Notes: a model not told the origin generated them from the letters alone. A DNA stretch of 64,000 nt from Candidatus Bathyarchaeota archaeon (GCA_963707955.1 OY970176.1:256001-320000), one strand, 5' to 3'; shown: positions 10,543-21,625, numbered from the stretch's first letter. Numbers and translations: made by a program.

Positions 10543-11568
10543 ATGAAGGCCGCCGTATACTACAGTCCGCGGGACACACGGATAGAAGAGGTTGCTATAC
10601 CTGAAATCGGTGATCATGAAGTCCTCGTTGAGATGAAAGCCTGCGGGATTTGTGGTTCAGACCTAATGGAATGGTATCTCAAACCTCGCGCTCCTCTTGT
10701 CCTTGGGCACGAACCTTCAGGAATAATCGCAAAGAGGGGAAAGAAAGTTGAAGGGGTCAACCGGGGAGACAGGGTGTTTGTACATCACCACGTTGCCTGC
10801 ATGACATGCCACTACTGTCTGAACGGCGACTATACCTTGTGCGACCAGTTCCACAAAACTAACATCAAGCCCGGCGGGTTTGCACAGTTCTTCAAAGTTC
10901 CAGTTCCGAACCTTCAGCTTGACACCTTGAAAATCCCAGAACACGTGTCCTTCGAAGAAGCCACTCTTATCGAACCTGTCGGGTGCTGTGTGAGAGCGCT
11001 CAACAAGTGCAATTTCAAGGTAGAGGATTCAGTAGCGGTAATCGGCGCAGGGCCCACTGGGTTGATCCACACGGCTCTGTCAAAAATCTACGGCGCGTCA
11101 ACAACGATCGTGAGCGACCTGATAGACTTTCGATTGAATTTCGCGAGGAAGTTTGGAGCAGACGTGCTTGTCAATCCAAACAGTGAAGATTTGACAGCGG
11201 TCGTCAGGTCTGTAACTGAGGGCAGAGGTGTGGACATAGCGATCGTCACCGCACCGAACTTACAGGCGTACAGAGCGGGGATCAATGTTTGCAGGAAAGG
11301 CGGCAAGCTCTGCGTTTTCGCTCCCACCAATCCTGCCGCTCACTTACGAATGAGCCCGAAAGAACTGTTTTTCTCTGAGACCCAGATAATACCGTCTTAT
11401 TCAACGTCGCACTTGGAAACGCGAACAGCATTGCACCTCATCGAGTCCGGCAGGATAAAAGCAAAGGAGTTAATAACGCACCGCTTCAAGCTGGAAGACG
11501 CCGCAAAAGCTTTCAGAACAGCCCTGGAAAGCACAGAAAGCTTGAAAGTGGTCATCTTGAATAAGTGA
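10543..11568 (+). CDS. Zn-dependent alcohol dehydrogenase (sorbitol/threonine DH-like)
   Basis: CGICGSD, GHE, CxxCxxC...C, GAGPTG. Confidence 0.9.
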   Translation: MKAAVYYSPRDTRIEEVAIPEIGDHEVLVEMKACGICGSDLMEWYLKPRAPLVLGHEPSGIIAKRGKKVEGVNRGDRVFVHHHVACMTCHYCLNGDYTLCDQFHKTNIKPGGFAQFFKVPVPNLQLDTLKIPEHVSFEEATLIEPVGCCVRALNKCNFKVEDSVAVIGAGPTGLIHTALSKIYGASTTIVSDLIDFRLNFARKFGADVLVNPNSEDLTAVVRSVTEGRGVDIAIVTAPNLQAYRAGINVCRKGGKLCVFAPTNPAAHLRMSPKELFFSETQIIPSYSTSHLETRTALHLIESGRIKAKELITHRFKLEDAAKAFRTALESTESLKVVILNK

Positions 11569-11578
11569 AGGAGACGGG

Positions 11579-11998
11579 TTGCTTCCCATGAACGTTAGAA
11601 ACGAAGTGCAGAGTGTCATCTTTGATCAGAAAGACGGAAAACTTGTCATGCTGGTCCAAAAGAAGGACAGAAGGGCCGCTACTCCACACTGGAGACTTCT
11701 TAAGGGAGGAGTCAACGAGGGAGAAACAGAAGTTGAGGCGCTTAGGCGGGAGATTTTTGAAGAGACTGGTCTGAAGAATATCAAGATCATGGGTCAGGTC
11801 CACAAGTATGAGTTTATCTTCAACGAGGTTAGACACACGGTGTCCAGTTTCTTAGTGAAGGCAGACTCCAGAGAACCCGTGAGACTTCAGGAGTCAGAAC
11901 TTGCAGGTTACGCCTGGATGCAGCTTGAGAACGCCAATCGGCTGTTGTACTGGCGCAACGAGAAGGAAGCCGTGAGAAAGTTAAGCCAGTTTCCTTAA
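11579..11998 (+). CDS. NUDIX hydrolase
   Basis: GGVNEGETEVEALRREIFEETG Nudix box. Confidence 0.9.
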   Translation: MLPMNVRNEVQSVIFDQKDGKLVMLVQKKDRRAATPHWRLLKGGVNEGETEVEALRREIFEETGLKNIKIMGQVHKYEFIFNEVRHTVSSFLVKADSREPVRLQESELAGYAWMQLENANRLLYWRNEKEAVRKLSQFP

Positions 11999-12040
11999 TT
12001 GCTGTGACGTTGACACTATTACTGTTCAGGGTGCTGAAAG

Positions 12041-13084
12041 GTGAGCGACGAAAGAATGAGGGCAGCGATGCTTTACGGCGTAACAGATCTGAGAGTGGAA
12101 GAGGTAGAGGTTCCGAAGGCCGGAGCTGGCGAGGTTCTTGTGAGAGTCAAAGCAGCGACAACATGTGGCACAGACCTGAAGATCTTTCAGAGAGGCTACG
12201 TTGAGAACGTGATAAAGCTTCCAACAATCTTTGGCCACGAGTGGGCGGGCGAAGCTGTTGAGGTCGGCGAAGGGCTCGAGTGGCCGAAGGAGGGCATGCA
12301 TGTGCGTGCCGGGAACAGCGCGCCATGCTTGCATTGTACGATGTGCCAGAAAGGCAAGTACAATCTTTGCGAGAACATGATTTGGCTCTGGGGAGCATAT
12401 GCAGAGTACATCAAGGTTCCAGCACGCATGGTTCTGGTGAACATGCAGGAGATCCCGCAAGGCGTATCCTACGAAGAGGCCGCGATCACCGAGCCTTTGG
12501 CATGCGTTCTGCACGGCGTTGAGGAAGCAGGGGTCAGAATGGGTGACACCGTTGCGATCATAGGTGCTGGACCAATAGGGCTACTTCACCTTCTAACCGT
12601 CAAGAAGATGGGCGTTGAAAAGACAATAATGATTGACCTTGTGGATGAGAGACTAGAGTTTGCTAAGAAGCTAGGCGTCGATGAGGCTATCAACGGCCGA
12701 AGAGAAAATGTAATACAAAGAGTCAGGGACCTTACAAGCGGGTACGGCGCTGACGTTGCAATAGAAGCGATAGGCCTGCCTGCAACTTGGGAGCAAGCAA
12801 TGAAACTGGCAAAGAAAGGCGGAACTGTCCTAGAGTTCGGCGGTTGCCCTCCTGGCACAGAGGTCAAGGTCAACGCTGAACAGCTTCACTACGGCGAGTT
12901 GACGGTTCTAGGCGCATTCCACACCACTCCTCTACATTTCAGAAAAGCTCTGAACCTAATAGCCTCAAGGACAATTGACGTGAGGCCGCTCATAACGCGG
13001 AGGATGAAACTTGAAGACATCAAAGAGGCTTTTCAGATTCTCTCAACCTCCAAAAACGAAATAAAGATCGGAATCATCCCATGA
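12041..13084 (+). CDS. Zn-dependent alcohol dehydrogenase
   Basis: CGTD, GHE, structural Zn Cys cluster, GAGPIG. Confidence 0.9.
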   Translation: MSDERMRAAMLYGVTDLRVEEVEVPKAGAGEVLVRVKAATTCGTDLKIFQRGYVENVIKLPTIFGHEWAGEAVEVGEGLEWPKEGMHVRAGNSAPCLHCTMCQKGKYNLCENMIWLWGAYAEYIKVPARMVLVNMQEIPQGVSYEEAAITEPLACVLHGVEEAGVRMGDTVAIIGAGPIGLLHLLTVKKMGVEKTIMIDLVDERLEFAKKLGVDEAINGRRENVIQRVRDLTSGYGADVAIEAIGLPATWEQAMKLAKKGGTVLEFGGCPPGTEVKVNAEQLHYGELTVLGAFHTTPLHFRKALNLIASRTIDVRPLITRRMKLEDIKEAFQILSTSKNEIKIGIIP

Positions 13085-13091
13085 TCAATTG

Positions 13092-13523
13092 ATGGACAGT
13101 TCGAAGTCTGAAATCGCGGGCTACATTCTCAGAATAGCAACTGAACAATGGGTCGACCACGTTTTTGAAATGGCAATCTATTACACCAACATGAAAAGAA
13201 AGTGGAAGTCTGGACAAGCAATTCTATTCATTCACAAAACCAGAACTGGAGACGCATTCGTCGGTTACGGCGTGGTTGACCACATGGCCGAAAGTAGCGC
13301 GTTATCCGAAGAGGACAGGCTCGAATGCGAAAGAGGCAGTTGGAAAAGGGCCATAGAGTTCAAGTATGTCAAGCGGTTTGAGAAACCGTTGCTAGTCAAA
13401 CAGACGTTCTTGAAGGGCTCAAAACGTCACGGAAGATTCGTTCACGGCCTAGAACTCAACAAAAAACAATTGGAGCAGATCCTAGACCAGGCTGAAAAAA
13501 GTCCTCCTCACCAAAAGTCTTAA
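13092..13523 (+). CDS. EVE/PUA-like domain protein
   Basis: WKSGQAILF..FVGYGVV..IEFKYVKRFEKPL pattern resembles EVE fold. Confidence 0.55.
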   Translation: MDSSKSEIAGYILRIATEQWVDHVFEMAIYYTNMKRKWKSGQAILFIHKTRTGDAFVGYGVVDHMAESSALSEEDRLECERGSWKRAIEFKYVKRFEKPLLVKQTFLKGSKRHGRFVHGLELNKKQLEQILDQAEKSPPHQKS

Positions 13524-13561
13524 TACATGTCATCCGCGAATGGCTAAGACGGAGAAGCCTT

Positions 13562-13928
13562 ATGGTTTACTGTACAAAATGTGGCAGCAAGAATCCTGAC
13601 GATGCTAAGGTTTGCTCACAGTGCGGAGCTTCACTGTTATGCAGTTGGTGAACGCGAGGGGCAGGGTCGAGTTGAGGACGAATGCTGGGGAACGCGCAGA
13701 GAGGGCGAACCTTACAGGCGGATGGAAATCGAGTGCTTCGGCATCCCCAGGGGCGGCGTAATCGTTGGGATAGCCATAGGCGTGATCATCTTACTCGCAG
13801 GTGTCATAGTGCTTATGCAACAAGCAGGCCTGATTTCTACTAGCGTCAGCGTTTGGCCGTTTGCCATCATAATCTTTGGAATACTGATAGTCATCGGCGC
13901 CTTGTACGGGCTGAGTCGAAGAAGGTAG
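13562..13928 (+). pseudogene. Zinc-ribbon membrane protein with +1 frameshift near 13637
   Basis: ATG 13562 gives MVYCTKCGSKNPDDAKVCSQCGASL; removing one T at 13637-8 joins it to YAVGERE... and two TM helices. Confidence 0.7.
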
Positions 13929-13932
13929 CGCT

Positions 13933-14646
13933 CTACTCTTTTTTTCGTTTGCATTGGTAGTTGCAAATCAGACAGATTCTCGAATGATCCCACTGTGAAA
14001 TGGCTATTCGTGTCATGATCCAAAACACGACTAGACCCATCATGTACAGGTCAACGAAAAAGTTGCCTATGTGTTGATCCATTCCAATCACAATCAGAGA
14101 GCTTCCGAACACGAAAAAGGCATTCGCGGCAGCGCGCATCCATCCCTTGAACGTGAACTGGATGAAACCGACTAGAGGTCCGAGCAGTCCGATCGCCAAG
14201 TATAGAAGGCTGAACCCTCCTATGGAAAGTCCCAAGAAAAAGTAAGCAACACTCATCGCCACAGCAAGAGAAGCTCCTACGACTAAGCCTGAGCACGCGG
14301 CGCAATACGAGGTGCGTCTGAACTGAATTGTATGGGCTGAGAACCTTCCACAGTTCGGGTGATGTGCTTTGGAGCCCACTGAGGACACGATTTTCGATTC
14401 CTGTACAGACGTTGCTTTGGGTACGTGAGTGTCGAACGACGTGGAGCATTTTCTCGGCGAAAGTGCAGCTGCGGTTCCTGCAACGCATATCACGATGAAA
14501 GTGGAGCCGATCAGCGGTTCTCGCAGAAAGAGGTCCGCTGAGACCTTCGGTGGATACGCCATCATCAACAACGTGGTAAACAGACCGAACAGCGAAACAA
14601 ACAGCGTAAATTTCATCATGAACGGCGGTCTTGTTTCGGTCTTCAT
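13933..14646 (-). CDS. Cys/His-rich membrane protein (DUF2085-like)
   Basis: HHPNC..HT..YCAAC motif and several TM segments; ATG 14646 overlaps the restored stop of the upstream gene (ATGA). Confidence 0.65.
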   Translation of the reverse strand: MKTETRPPFMMKFTLFVSLFGLFTTLLMMAYPPKVSADLFLREPLIGSTFIVICVAGTAAALSPRKCSTSFDTHVPKATSVQESKIVSSVGSKAHHPNCGRFSAHTIQFRRTSYCAACSGLVVGASLAVAMSVAYFFLGLSIGGFSLLYLAIGLLGPLVGFIQFTFKGWMRAAANAFFVFGSSLIVIGMDQHIGNFFVDLYMMGLVVFWIMTRIAISQWDHSRICLICNYQCKRKKE

Positions 14647-16075
14647 GCAGGGACGCCCACAAAAAGGCTCTTGAACTGTTCCAGCAGTGCCTTGCCCGCC
14701 ATGTACCTGAAAACCCTTCTTTTCAGCTGGTTGCTTGAGAACACGCCTGCAGTTTTCTTTTCCACGGGCCGTAGAAGCTTCTGTAACATTCATAAAGCTG
14801 TTCCTGCAACTCCGTTCTTGACAATGTTTCTGTCGGCATTATTGCGTGAACCATGTCGTAATGTGACCAGTTGAAGTCTTCGATCCACCCGTTTCGTCTT
14901 GCTTCCTCGTAGACTTGAGTTCCAGGGAAAGGCGTCAGAACGCCGAACATCACAAAGTCTGGGTCAAGAGCGTTCGCGAATTCTCTCTGCTTTCTTATCG
15001 ACTCGACAGTGTCCTTTCGTCCGCCTATTATGAGCATCACGTGTGCGAAGATGTCGTTCTCTTTGAGAAGTCTCACAGCTGTCTTTGCTTGTTCCGGGGT
15101 TATGTCCTTCTTAAACGCGTTCAACGTTGATGGTTCAGAGTTCTCAACGCCTAGAAGAACCCAGTTAAGCCCAGACTTCCGCAGTTTCGGCAGGGCTTCC
15201 TTGTTTCTGACTATGTCGTCGCATCTTGCCTGCACAAACCAGGTTGCTTTGTCGGATACCCTGGTTTTGATGATTTCGTCAGCGAGGTCGTTGGCACGCG
15301 TGCCTGCGCCGAAGTTGTCGTCTGTCAACCAGATGAACCTGCTGGCGAAGTTTCTGTGGCAGAATTCCATTTCGTTAGCAACACGCTTCGGCGACTTCAG
15401 CCTCCACGTTCCCTGCCAGTGCTTCCATTGCGTGCAGAAGATGCAGTCGTGCGGGCATCCTCTTGAACCTTCAATCAGCGCGTAGACCGCGTCGCGTCCT
15501 GCCATCATTGCAAAGTGATACTTACTCATGGTATGCTGTACGAGGTGATAGCCAGGGTACGGCAATTCCTCCAAATTCTCAATCAGCGGTCTGGGTGGAT
15601 TATGGATGATTCTTCCTCGCTGTCTGAAAGAGATGCCCATGATTTTCGGAAGATTCGATTTCTCTTTTGCCTTAGTTACGAGTTCAGCTAGGGTTCGTTC
15701 CCCTTCTCCGCGCACGATCACGTCTATCACGGGATATTCTTTCAGGCTTTCCTGAGCTGTTGCCGTGAAATGCTGGCCCCCGGTGACCGTGAGGATGTTT
15801 GGGTCCACTTTCTTGACCGTTTCCAGAGTTCTGGCGACCACGTACGTGTTGCAGGTGGCCAGCGAGCTCGATGCAACGATGTCAGGGCTGGATGCTACGA
15901 TCCGTTTCTCCATTCTGCTCCAATCCGCATGTTCTGCGTTGCAGTCGAGGATCTCGATCTCAACGTCCTTAGCTTCCTTCTCGACGTAAGCGGCCAGTTG
16001 AATAATTCCATAGGGTGGTGGCAGGTACTCACCCATGACGAACCACATGTCTTTAGGCGGCTCAATAAACATGAT
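14643..16075 (-). CDS. B12-binding radical SAM protein, probable -1 frameshift near 14747
   Basis: SRGCPHDCIFC CxxxCxxC, N-terminal cobalamin domain (GGQH); as sequenced the ORF stops at 14723, alternative frame continues GVFSSNQLKRRVFRYMA to 14643. Confidence 0.85.
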
Positions 16076-16303
16076 TTTCATTCTAACCCTTCTTTAGAAA
16101 TGTCCGCGTTTCTCTTCTAAGAATGCTGATTTGAGCGTGCTAACTGTCACAGGTCAACCTGTCCATGAGCTGCTTGGATGATTCGCTTCTTTCCCCGTTT
16201 CTGGTTCCCTTCGTGCTTGATCACTTTGTGGCAAGACGCTAGACGAAAGAGCTTAAATCCTGACTGGAGCCTATTCGTTGTCTCATTGCGGAAGGGGGAG
16301 CAA

Positions 16304-17932
16304 GTGGTTAAGTACGTTTTTGTGACTGGCGGCGTTCTGAGCTCTGTTGGGAAGGGGATTTTGACTTCTTCTATCGGCAAGATTCTTCAGGCAAGAGGGC
16401 TCAAGGTCAACGTGATAAAGATTGATCCCTACGTGAATGTTGATGCTGGAACGATGAACCCATACATGCACGGTGAGGTCTACGTGACGGATGACGGCGG
16501 CGAGACGGACCTCGACTTGGGCTGGTACGAACGCTTTCTCGACTTGAACCTGAAGAAGGAGAACAACATCACAACGGGCCTAGTGTACAAGGCAGTGATC
16601 GAGAAAGAGAGGAGAGGTGACTTCCTCGGAAGATGCGTGCAAATCGTGCCACATGTAACGAACGAGATAAAACATCGCATACGCGACGTTGCAAAAGACT
16701 CAGATGCTGATGTCATCTTAACCGAGGTCGGAGGCACAGTGGGGGACATTGAAGGTCTACCTTTTCTTGAAGCGATCCGGCAGATGCGTCTTGAAGAGGG
16801 CTATGAAAACACCCTGTACGTGCACGTTGCTCTGGTTCCGATATTGGATGTCACAGGAGAAATGAAGACGAAACCGCTTCAGCACAGCGTGAATGAACTG
16901 CGGCGGATCGGTATACAGCCAGACACGATCGTTGCGAGAAGCCCTGAGATGATCGACTCTGAGGCCCTTAGAAAGATCGCCCTTTTCGGCACGATACCCG
17001 AAAATGCGGTCTTCTGTTCGTACAACGTGCCGTCTATCTATCAGGTTCCTCTCATACTGGATGAACAGGGGATGAGCGATTTCATCTGCAAGAGGCTTGG
17101 GTTTTCAGAGCGATCACAAGACTTTAACGATTGGAGAAGCTTCGTGGACGCAGTCTTGAAGCCAGAGCACGAAGTGAAGATTGCTCTGGTAGGCAAGTAC
17201 GCGAACCTTGCTGACAGCTACGTGAGCATGAGTGAAGCTATGAAACACGCTGGCGCAGCGTGCAAAAGCAGAGTGTGTGTTGATTATATTGAAGCTGAGA
17301 AGCTTGAGCAAAATCCTGACTGCACGAAGATGCTTGAAGATGTTGATGGAATATTCGTGCCTTACGGCTTCGGTCCGCGAGGAACCGAAGGAAAGATAAC
17401 GGCGATCAGGTTCGCAAGAGAGAACGACGTACCATTTCTCGGCATATGCTATGGTTTCCAGCTTGCAGTGATAGAGTTTGCCCGTGATGTCTGCGGCTTG
17501 ACGGACGCGAACAGCACGGAGATCAACCCTAGCTCAGCCTATCCGGTGATCGACCTGATGCCTGAACAGCGGGGAATAGAACTCAAGGGGGCCACGATGC
17601 GGCTTGGTGCTCACAAAATAGTCGTCGAACCCGACACGCTAGCACATTGCCTTTACAACAGCGGGGAAGTCTACGAGCGACATCGCCACAGGTTCGAGGT
17701 CAACCTCGACTATTCCGAAACTCTTCGAAAGAATGGGCTGGTGTTCTCTGGAAAGAGCTCAGACGCGAGGAGGATGGAGATTCTGGAGTTGGCCGATCAT
17801 TTCTTCTTCTTCGCGTCACAGTTTCATGGAGAGTTCAAGAGTCGACCTGGGAGACCTGACCCAGAATACTACGGTTTCGTAAAAGCGTGTCTAGACAAAA
17901 AACAGGGCAGGCGGAAGCCTGAATTCAGGTAG
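16304..17932 (+). CDS. pyrG: CTP synthase
   Basis: KYVFVTGGVLSSVGKG, KIDPY, ETDLDLG, GICYG, ERHRHRFE; GTG start 16304. Confidence 0.97.
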   Translation: MVKYVFVTGGVLSSVGKGILTSSIGKILQARGLKVNVIKIDPYVNVDAGTMNPYMHGEVYVTDDGGETDLDLGWYERFLDLNLKKENNITTGLVYKAVIEKERRGDFLGRCVQIVPHVTNEIKHRIRDVAKDSDADVILTEVGGTVGDIEGLPFLEAIRQMRLEEGYENTLYVHVALVPILDVTGEMKTKPLQHSVNELRRIGIQPDTIVARSPEMIDSEALRKIALFGTIPENAVFCSYNVPSIYQVPLILDEQGMSDFICKRLGFSERSQDFNDWRSFVDAVLKPEHEVKIALVGKYANLADSYVSMSEAMKHAGAACKSRVCVDYIEAEKLEQNPDCTKMLEDVDGIFVPYGFGPRGTEGKITAIRFARENDVPFLGICYGFQLAVIEFARDVCGLTDANSTEINPSSAYPVIDLMPEQRGIELKGATMRLGAHKIVVEPDTLAHCLYNSGEVYERHRHRFEVNLDYSETLRKNGLVFSGKSSDARRMEILELADHFFFFASQFHGEFKSRPGRPDPEYYGFVKACLDKKQGRRKPEFR

Positions 17933-17950
17933 GCTTCGTGAAGCGCGTCA

Positions 17951-18400
17951 TCAATGGTTTGGAAACAGCTTCTTGTGTTCCACCATCATACACCTGTTCA
18001 TGACAACTGTTAAGCCTGCGGCTCTCGCAGTCGTTGCCGCTTGTTCGTTGATTATTCCAAGCTGCATCCAAACGACGTACGGTCTGTCGTAGCGTTCCTT
18101 CAGCTTAACCGCCTCTTCAACTATTGGCGGCACATCGGCGGAGGGCCTGAAGATGTCCACGATGTCTAGGGTCCTCTGAATTTCGGGCGGAATTTCAAGC
18201 AGACTCTTGTAGCTTTTCTCCCCTAAGACCTCGTCCGCGGTGGGGTTCACGGGAACGATGCGGAACCCTTGACTTTTCAAGTATTCAGCCACTCGGTGAC
18301 TTTCCTTGGAGGGGTCGCGCGACAGCCCCACAACTGCAACGGTCTTGTACTTGGTAAGGATTTCCTTCGCCCTGTCCTTGCTCAAACCCGCAACCTTCAA
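17951..18400 (-). CDS. CoA-binding protein (YccU-like)
   Basis: VAVVGLS, VPVNP, DIVDIFRPS, WMQLGI, MNRC. Confidence 0.9.
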   Translation of the reverse strand: MKVAGLSKDRAKEILTKYKTVAVVGLSRDPSKESHRVAEYLKSQGFRIVPVNPTADEVLGEKSYKSLLEIPPEIQRTLDIVDIFRPSADVPPIVEEAVKLKERYDRPYVVWMQLGIINEQAATTARAAGLTVVMNRCMMVEHKKLFPNH

Positions 18401-18584
18401 AGAGGCAATTGGTTGAAGGCCGCTTGTCGTACTTAAGGCATTCTTCTACGGTTTGGAGTGATTCATTTGACAAGCGCTCTAATCTCTAATAATGATTGTG
18501 TTTTCATAACTGCTTTATTAGGCAACAGATTCTTTGTTGAATGCTCGCCGTCCAAGGCAGCTCAACGAGGTTTGAACAAGAGGG

Positions 18585-20738
18585 ATTATAATCACAACGA
18601 ATATACATCCTTCCAAGTTCAAACAGAAAACGACGCTTGCAGAGGAATATGCAGTAGTTCTTCTGTTCATTATCGCCGGCGTATCAGCATACGTAATAGA
18701 TTCGGAAGTTGACGCATTCATCTATCACGAGGGGACATTCTTTAATGTTCTAACTTCTATTTCGCTTGGCAACCTCCCTATGCGGTTATACATACTGGCG
18801 TCTCTTGTTATTCTCGGCGTTTTCATGCGCGGAGCTCTGGCTAACCGCAAGAAGAGCGAGGAAAGACTTGCTGCATTAAACTTCTACGGCGGAAAACTGA
18901 ACACGGCCAAGGATGTTCAAGAAGTCTATGAATTAACTGTAGACGCCATGGAGAAAACATTGGGTTTTGAATATGCCGCGTTTATGGTTGCAGAGAGAAG
19001 CACTCTTAAGGTTGTATGCTATCGCGGACGTTCGGAACCACAACTCCGTGAACTTCCGGTCGGCGGGGCAAACGGTGTGACAGTGAGAGCGATGAAGACA
19101 GGCGCACCCATCCTCGTTCCAGACGTGAGTAAAGACAAGGAATATGTTGCTGGCTACCCTGGGATTCGGTCAGAGCTTGCCGTTCCAATCGCTGCAGATG
19201 ACAAGATCCTAGGCGTTCTGAACGTCGAAAGCAGCAAACAAGGAGCATTCAGTGAGAGGGATGCGACTTTGCTTCAGGTCTTGGCTTCGCATGCTGGGAC
19301 AGCGATCACCAACCTCTTAAGGCAGGGGGAAATTGAGAAGCGCAGTGACCAAATGGCTTTGCTGCTGAAGAACTCTGCTGAGATCATTCACTCCGCAAGC
19401 TTGCGGCGACGTCTCCAAACGATCGTTGAGGCAATCAGAGACCTTGGGTGGCGAAGAGTTGTTATCTCCGTCAGAGACGAAAACATGGAGATGAGGAGCC
19501 CCGATGACTTGGTAACCGTGGGCATAACGGACGAAGAGAGAGAACACATGTGGGACAACAGACCGCCAGGTAGCGTCGTTCGTGAAAGTTTTGGGCCAGA
19601 GTATGAGCGTTTCAGAATCGGCGAATTCTACTACTCGCCTTGGAGTGACCCTTGGGTTAGAGAAAGACAGAGAAGCGTCAGCAACCTCGTTGAAAGCCAT
19701 CTCAAACCTGAAGACATGATTGACTGGGACCCACAAGACATGCTATACGCTCCGCTACGATTGGCTGACCGCCGCATCGTAGGTCGACTAGTCATGGATG
19801 ATCCTCTTGATGGGAAGAAACCCACTCTGGAATCTCTGAGACCTCTGGAACTCTTCCTAAGCCAAGCGGCAGTGGCCATCGAAAATGCTCAGCTGATTCA
19901 GCGGTTGAACGATGCCGGGGCCAAACTTGAGGAATACGCAGACCATCTTGAAGCGAAGGTTGAAGATAGGACCCGAGAGTTGAAAGAAGCTCAAAACCGA
20001 CTTCTCAAGTCCGAGAGACTCGCAGCAATCGGTGAACTGGCTGGGATGGTTGGCCATGACCTGCGCAATCCTTTGACTGGCATAACGGGTGCAGCCTATT
20101 ACCTGAAGAACAAAGTGGGTGAGACGACGAATGGCAAGGCAAGAGAGATGCTCGAAATCATCGAGAAAAACATTGCATACTCTAATAAGATCATCAACGA
20201 CCTCCTGGACTATTCAAGAGAAATCAAGCTTGAACTGGTTGAAAGCAGCCCCAAAACGATAGTGGAAGAAGCCTTGTCTCTCGTAAAAATTCCAAGAAAC
20301 GTGAAGGTCTTGGATTTGACGAAGAGCGAGCCGAAGGTAGAAGTTGACGTTGACAAGCTGAAAAGAGCCTTTGTCAATATTATAAAGAACGCTGTGGAAG
20401 CCATGCCGAAGGGGGGGAGACTGGCAATCAAGAGCAAAAGGTCCGCTGTTGACTGCGAAATTGCTTTTTCAGACACGGGAACAGGCATGGCGGATCATAT
20501 GCTGGGAAATTTGTGGTCACCGTTGTACACGACAAAGGCGAAAGGAATGGGCTTCGGCCTGCCCATCTGCAAACGGATCGTGGAAGCACACGGAGGCAAA
20601 ATCGCTGTGGAAACCGCTTTGGCAAAGGGAACAACTTTCACAGTGAGCATTCCCATCAACCAGCCGAAGCTAGAAGAGGTCTGCACGTTCGTACCAGAAT
20701 CTTCGTTGCAGAAGATCACAAACGGGTGCCAAAACTAA
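18585..20738 (+). CDS. Membrane GAF-GAF sensor histidine kinase
   Basis: Two GAF domains, HDLRNPL H-box, N/G boxes (DTGTG, GMGFGL); frame open about 65 codons upstream of ATG 18780 and encodes an extra TM helix; true start uncertain. Confidence 0.9.
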   Translation: MIITTNIHPSKFKQKTTLAEEYAVVLLFIIAGVSAYVIDSEVDAFIYHEGTFFNVLTSISLGNLPMRLYILASLVILGVFMRGALANRKKSEERLAALNFYGGKLNTAKDVQEVYELTVDAMEKTLGFEYAAFMVAERSTLKVVCYRGRSEPQLRELPVGGANGVTVRAMKTGAPILVPDVSKDKEYVAGYPGIRSELAVPIAADDKILGVLNVESSKQGAFSERDATLLQVLASHAGTAITNLLRQGEIEKRSDQMALLLKNSAEIIHSASLRRRLQTIVEAIRDLGWRRVVISVRDENMEMRSPDDLVTVGITDEEREHMWDNRPPGSVVRESFGPEYERFRIGEFYYSPWSDPWVRERQRSVSNLVESHLKPEDMIDWDPQDMLYAPLRLADRRIVGRLVMDDPLDGKKPTLESLRPLELFLSQAAVAIENAQLIQRLNDAGAKLEEYADHLEAKVEDRTRELKEAQNRLLKSERLAAIGELAGMVGHDLRNPLTGITGAAYYLKNKVGETTNGKAREMLEIIEKNIAYSNKIINDLLDYSREIKLELVESSPKTIVEEALSLVKIPRNVKVLDLTKSEPKVEVDVDKLKRAFVNIIKNAVEAMPKGGRLAIKSKRSAVDCEIAFSDTGTGMADHMLGNLWSPLYTTKAKGMGFGLPICKRIVEAHGGKIAVETALAKGTTFTVSIPINQPKLEEVCTFVPESSLQKITNGCQN

Positions 20739-20960
20739 ATCATATTTGAAGTTCTGGCGGCGTGCTGCCTGTTGGGAAACGATTTTTTTGCCTCGGCTTG
20801 TTCCGGCAATGTTTATTGACAGCTCGCTGATGCTATCTGTCCTGTTTGAACTTCTGGAAGTGGTACCGAGCGACCGCGCAAAGAAGCATCTTCTCGGAAC
20901 AATGCTTCAGTCGAGTGCTTTAGCTCCACATGCCATATAAGTTGCTGGCTGTTCTGACTC

Positions 20961-21488
20961 TTGCCGAGGAATGGTTTGAAGAGCGAAGGAGATTCGTCTT
21001 CAGTTGAACAGTATCGCAGCCGATTAGAGAACGCCGCTAGCTACGGCGAGGTCTGGGAAATCGTTAAGGACACGGTGGAGTTTGCCTTACACAGGCGAAG
21101 AGGCAGCATGATGCTGTTTCTGGACGACTTACCGATTCAGCTCGGCGCCTACCACTCGCTGGGGACCAACAACATCGTTTTGAACAGAGTTCTGGTTCAG
21201 ATCGTGGAAGCAGCAATTGAAAGCAGGAGAGTGGTTAACGCCTTGGTGTACAACTTGTTGCTGCATGAATACTTGCACGCTCTGGGTGAAGTTTCTGAGG
21301 CCGGCGTCAGAGGGTTCGTTATTGAGGTTTGCAGAAAATCTTTCGGTCAAGACTACGTTGCAACCCGCATAGCCGTTAAGAGTCCTTGGGCCCTACTCAG
21401 GGGGATACCTCTTGACAGCGTAAGCGTTCCCAAACGTGTCATGGAAATCGTTAAGGACTTCGAAAAGCCCGACAAGTACATCGTCTAA
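20961..21488 (+). CDS. Conserved archaeal protein with HExxH zincin-like motif
   Basis: LLHEYLHALG motif; LGAYH upstream. Confidence 0.65.
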   Translation: MPRNGLKSEGDSSSVEQYRSRLENAASYGEVWEIVKDTVEFALHRRRGSMMLFLDDLPIQLGAYHSLGTNNIVLNRVLVQIVEAAIESRRVVNALVYNLLLHEYLHALGEVSEAGVRGFVIEVCRKSFGQDYVATRIAVKSPWALLRGIPLDSVSVPKRVMEIVKDFEKPDKYIV

Positions 21489-21625
21489 GGCCTGCCTTGT
21501 GGGTTTTTCATACGAGCCAATGCTTCTTGTGCAAACTAGAGTTAGTCCAGATTTGGCGCATCCTTGAGGCGGGATTGGGCGCGAAAAGTGAAAAGGACTT
21601 TAGCATTGTGGTTCTTTGAACGTGG

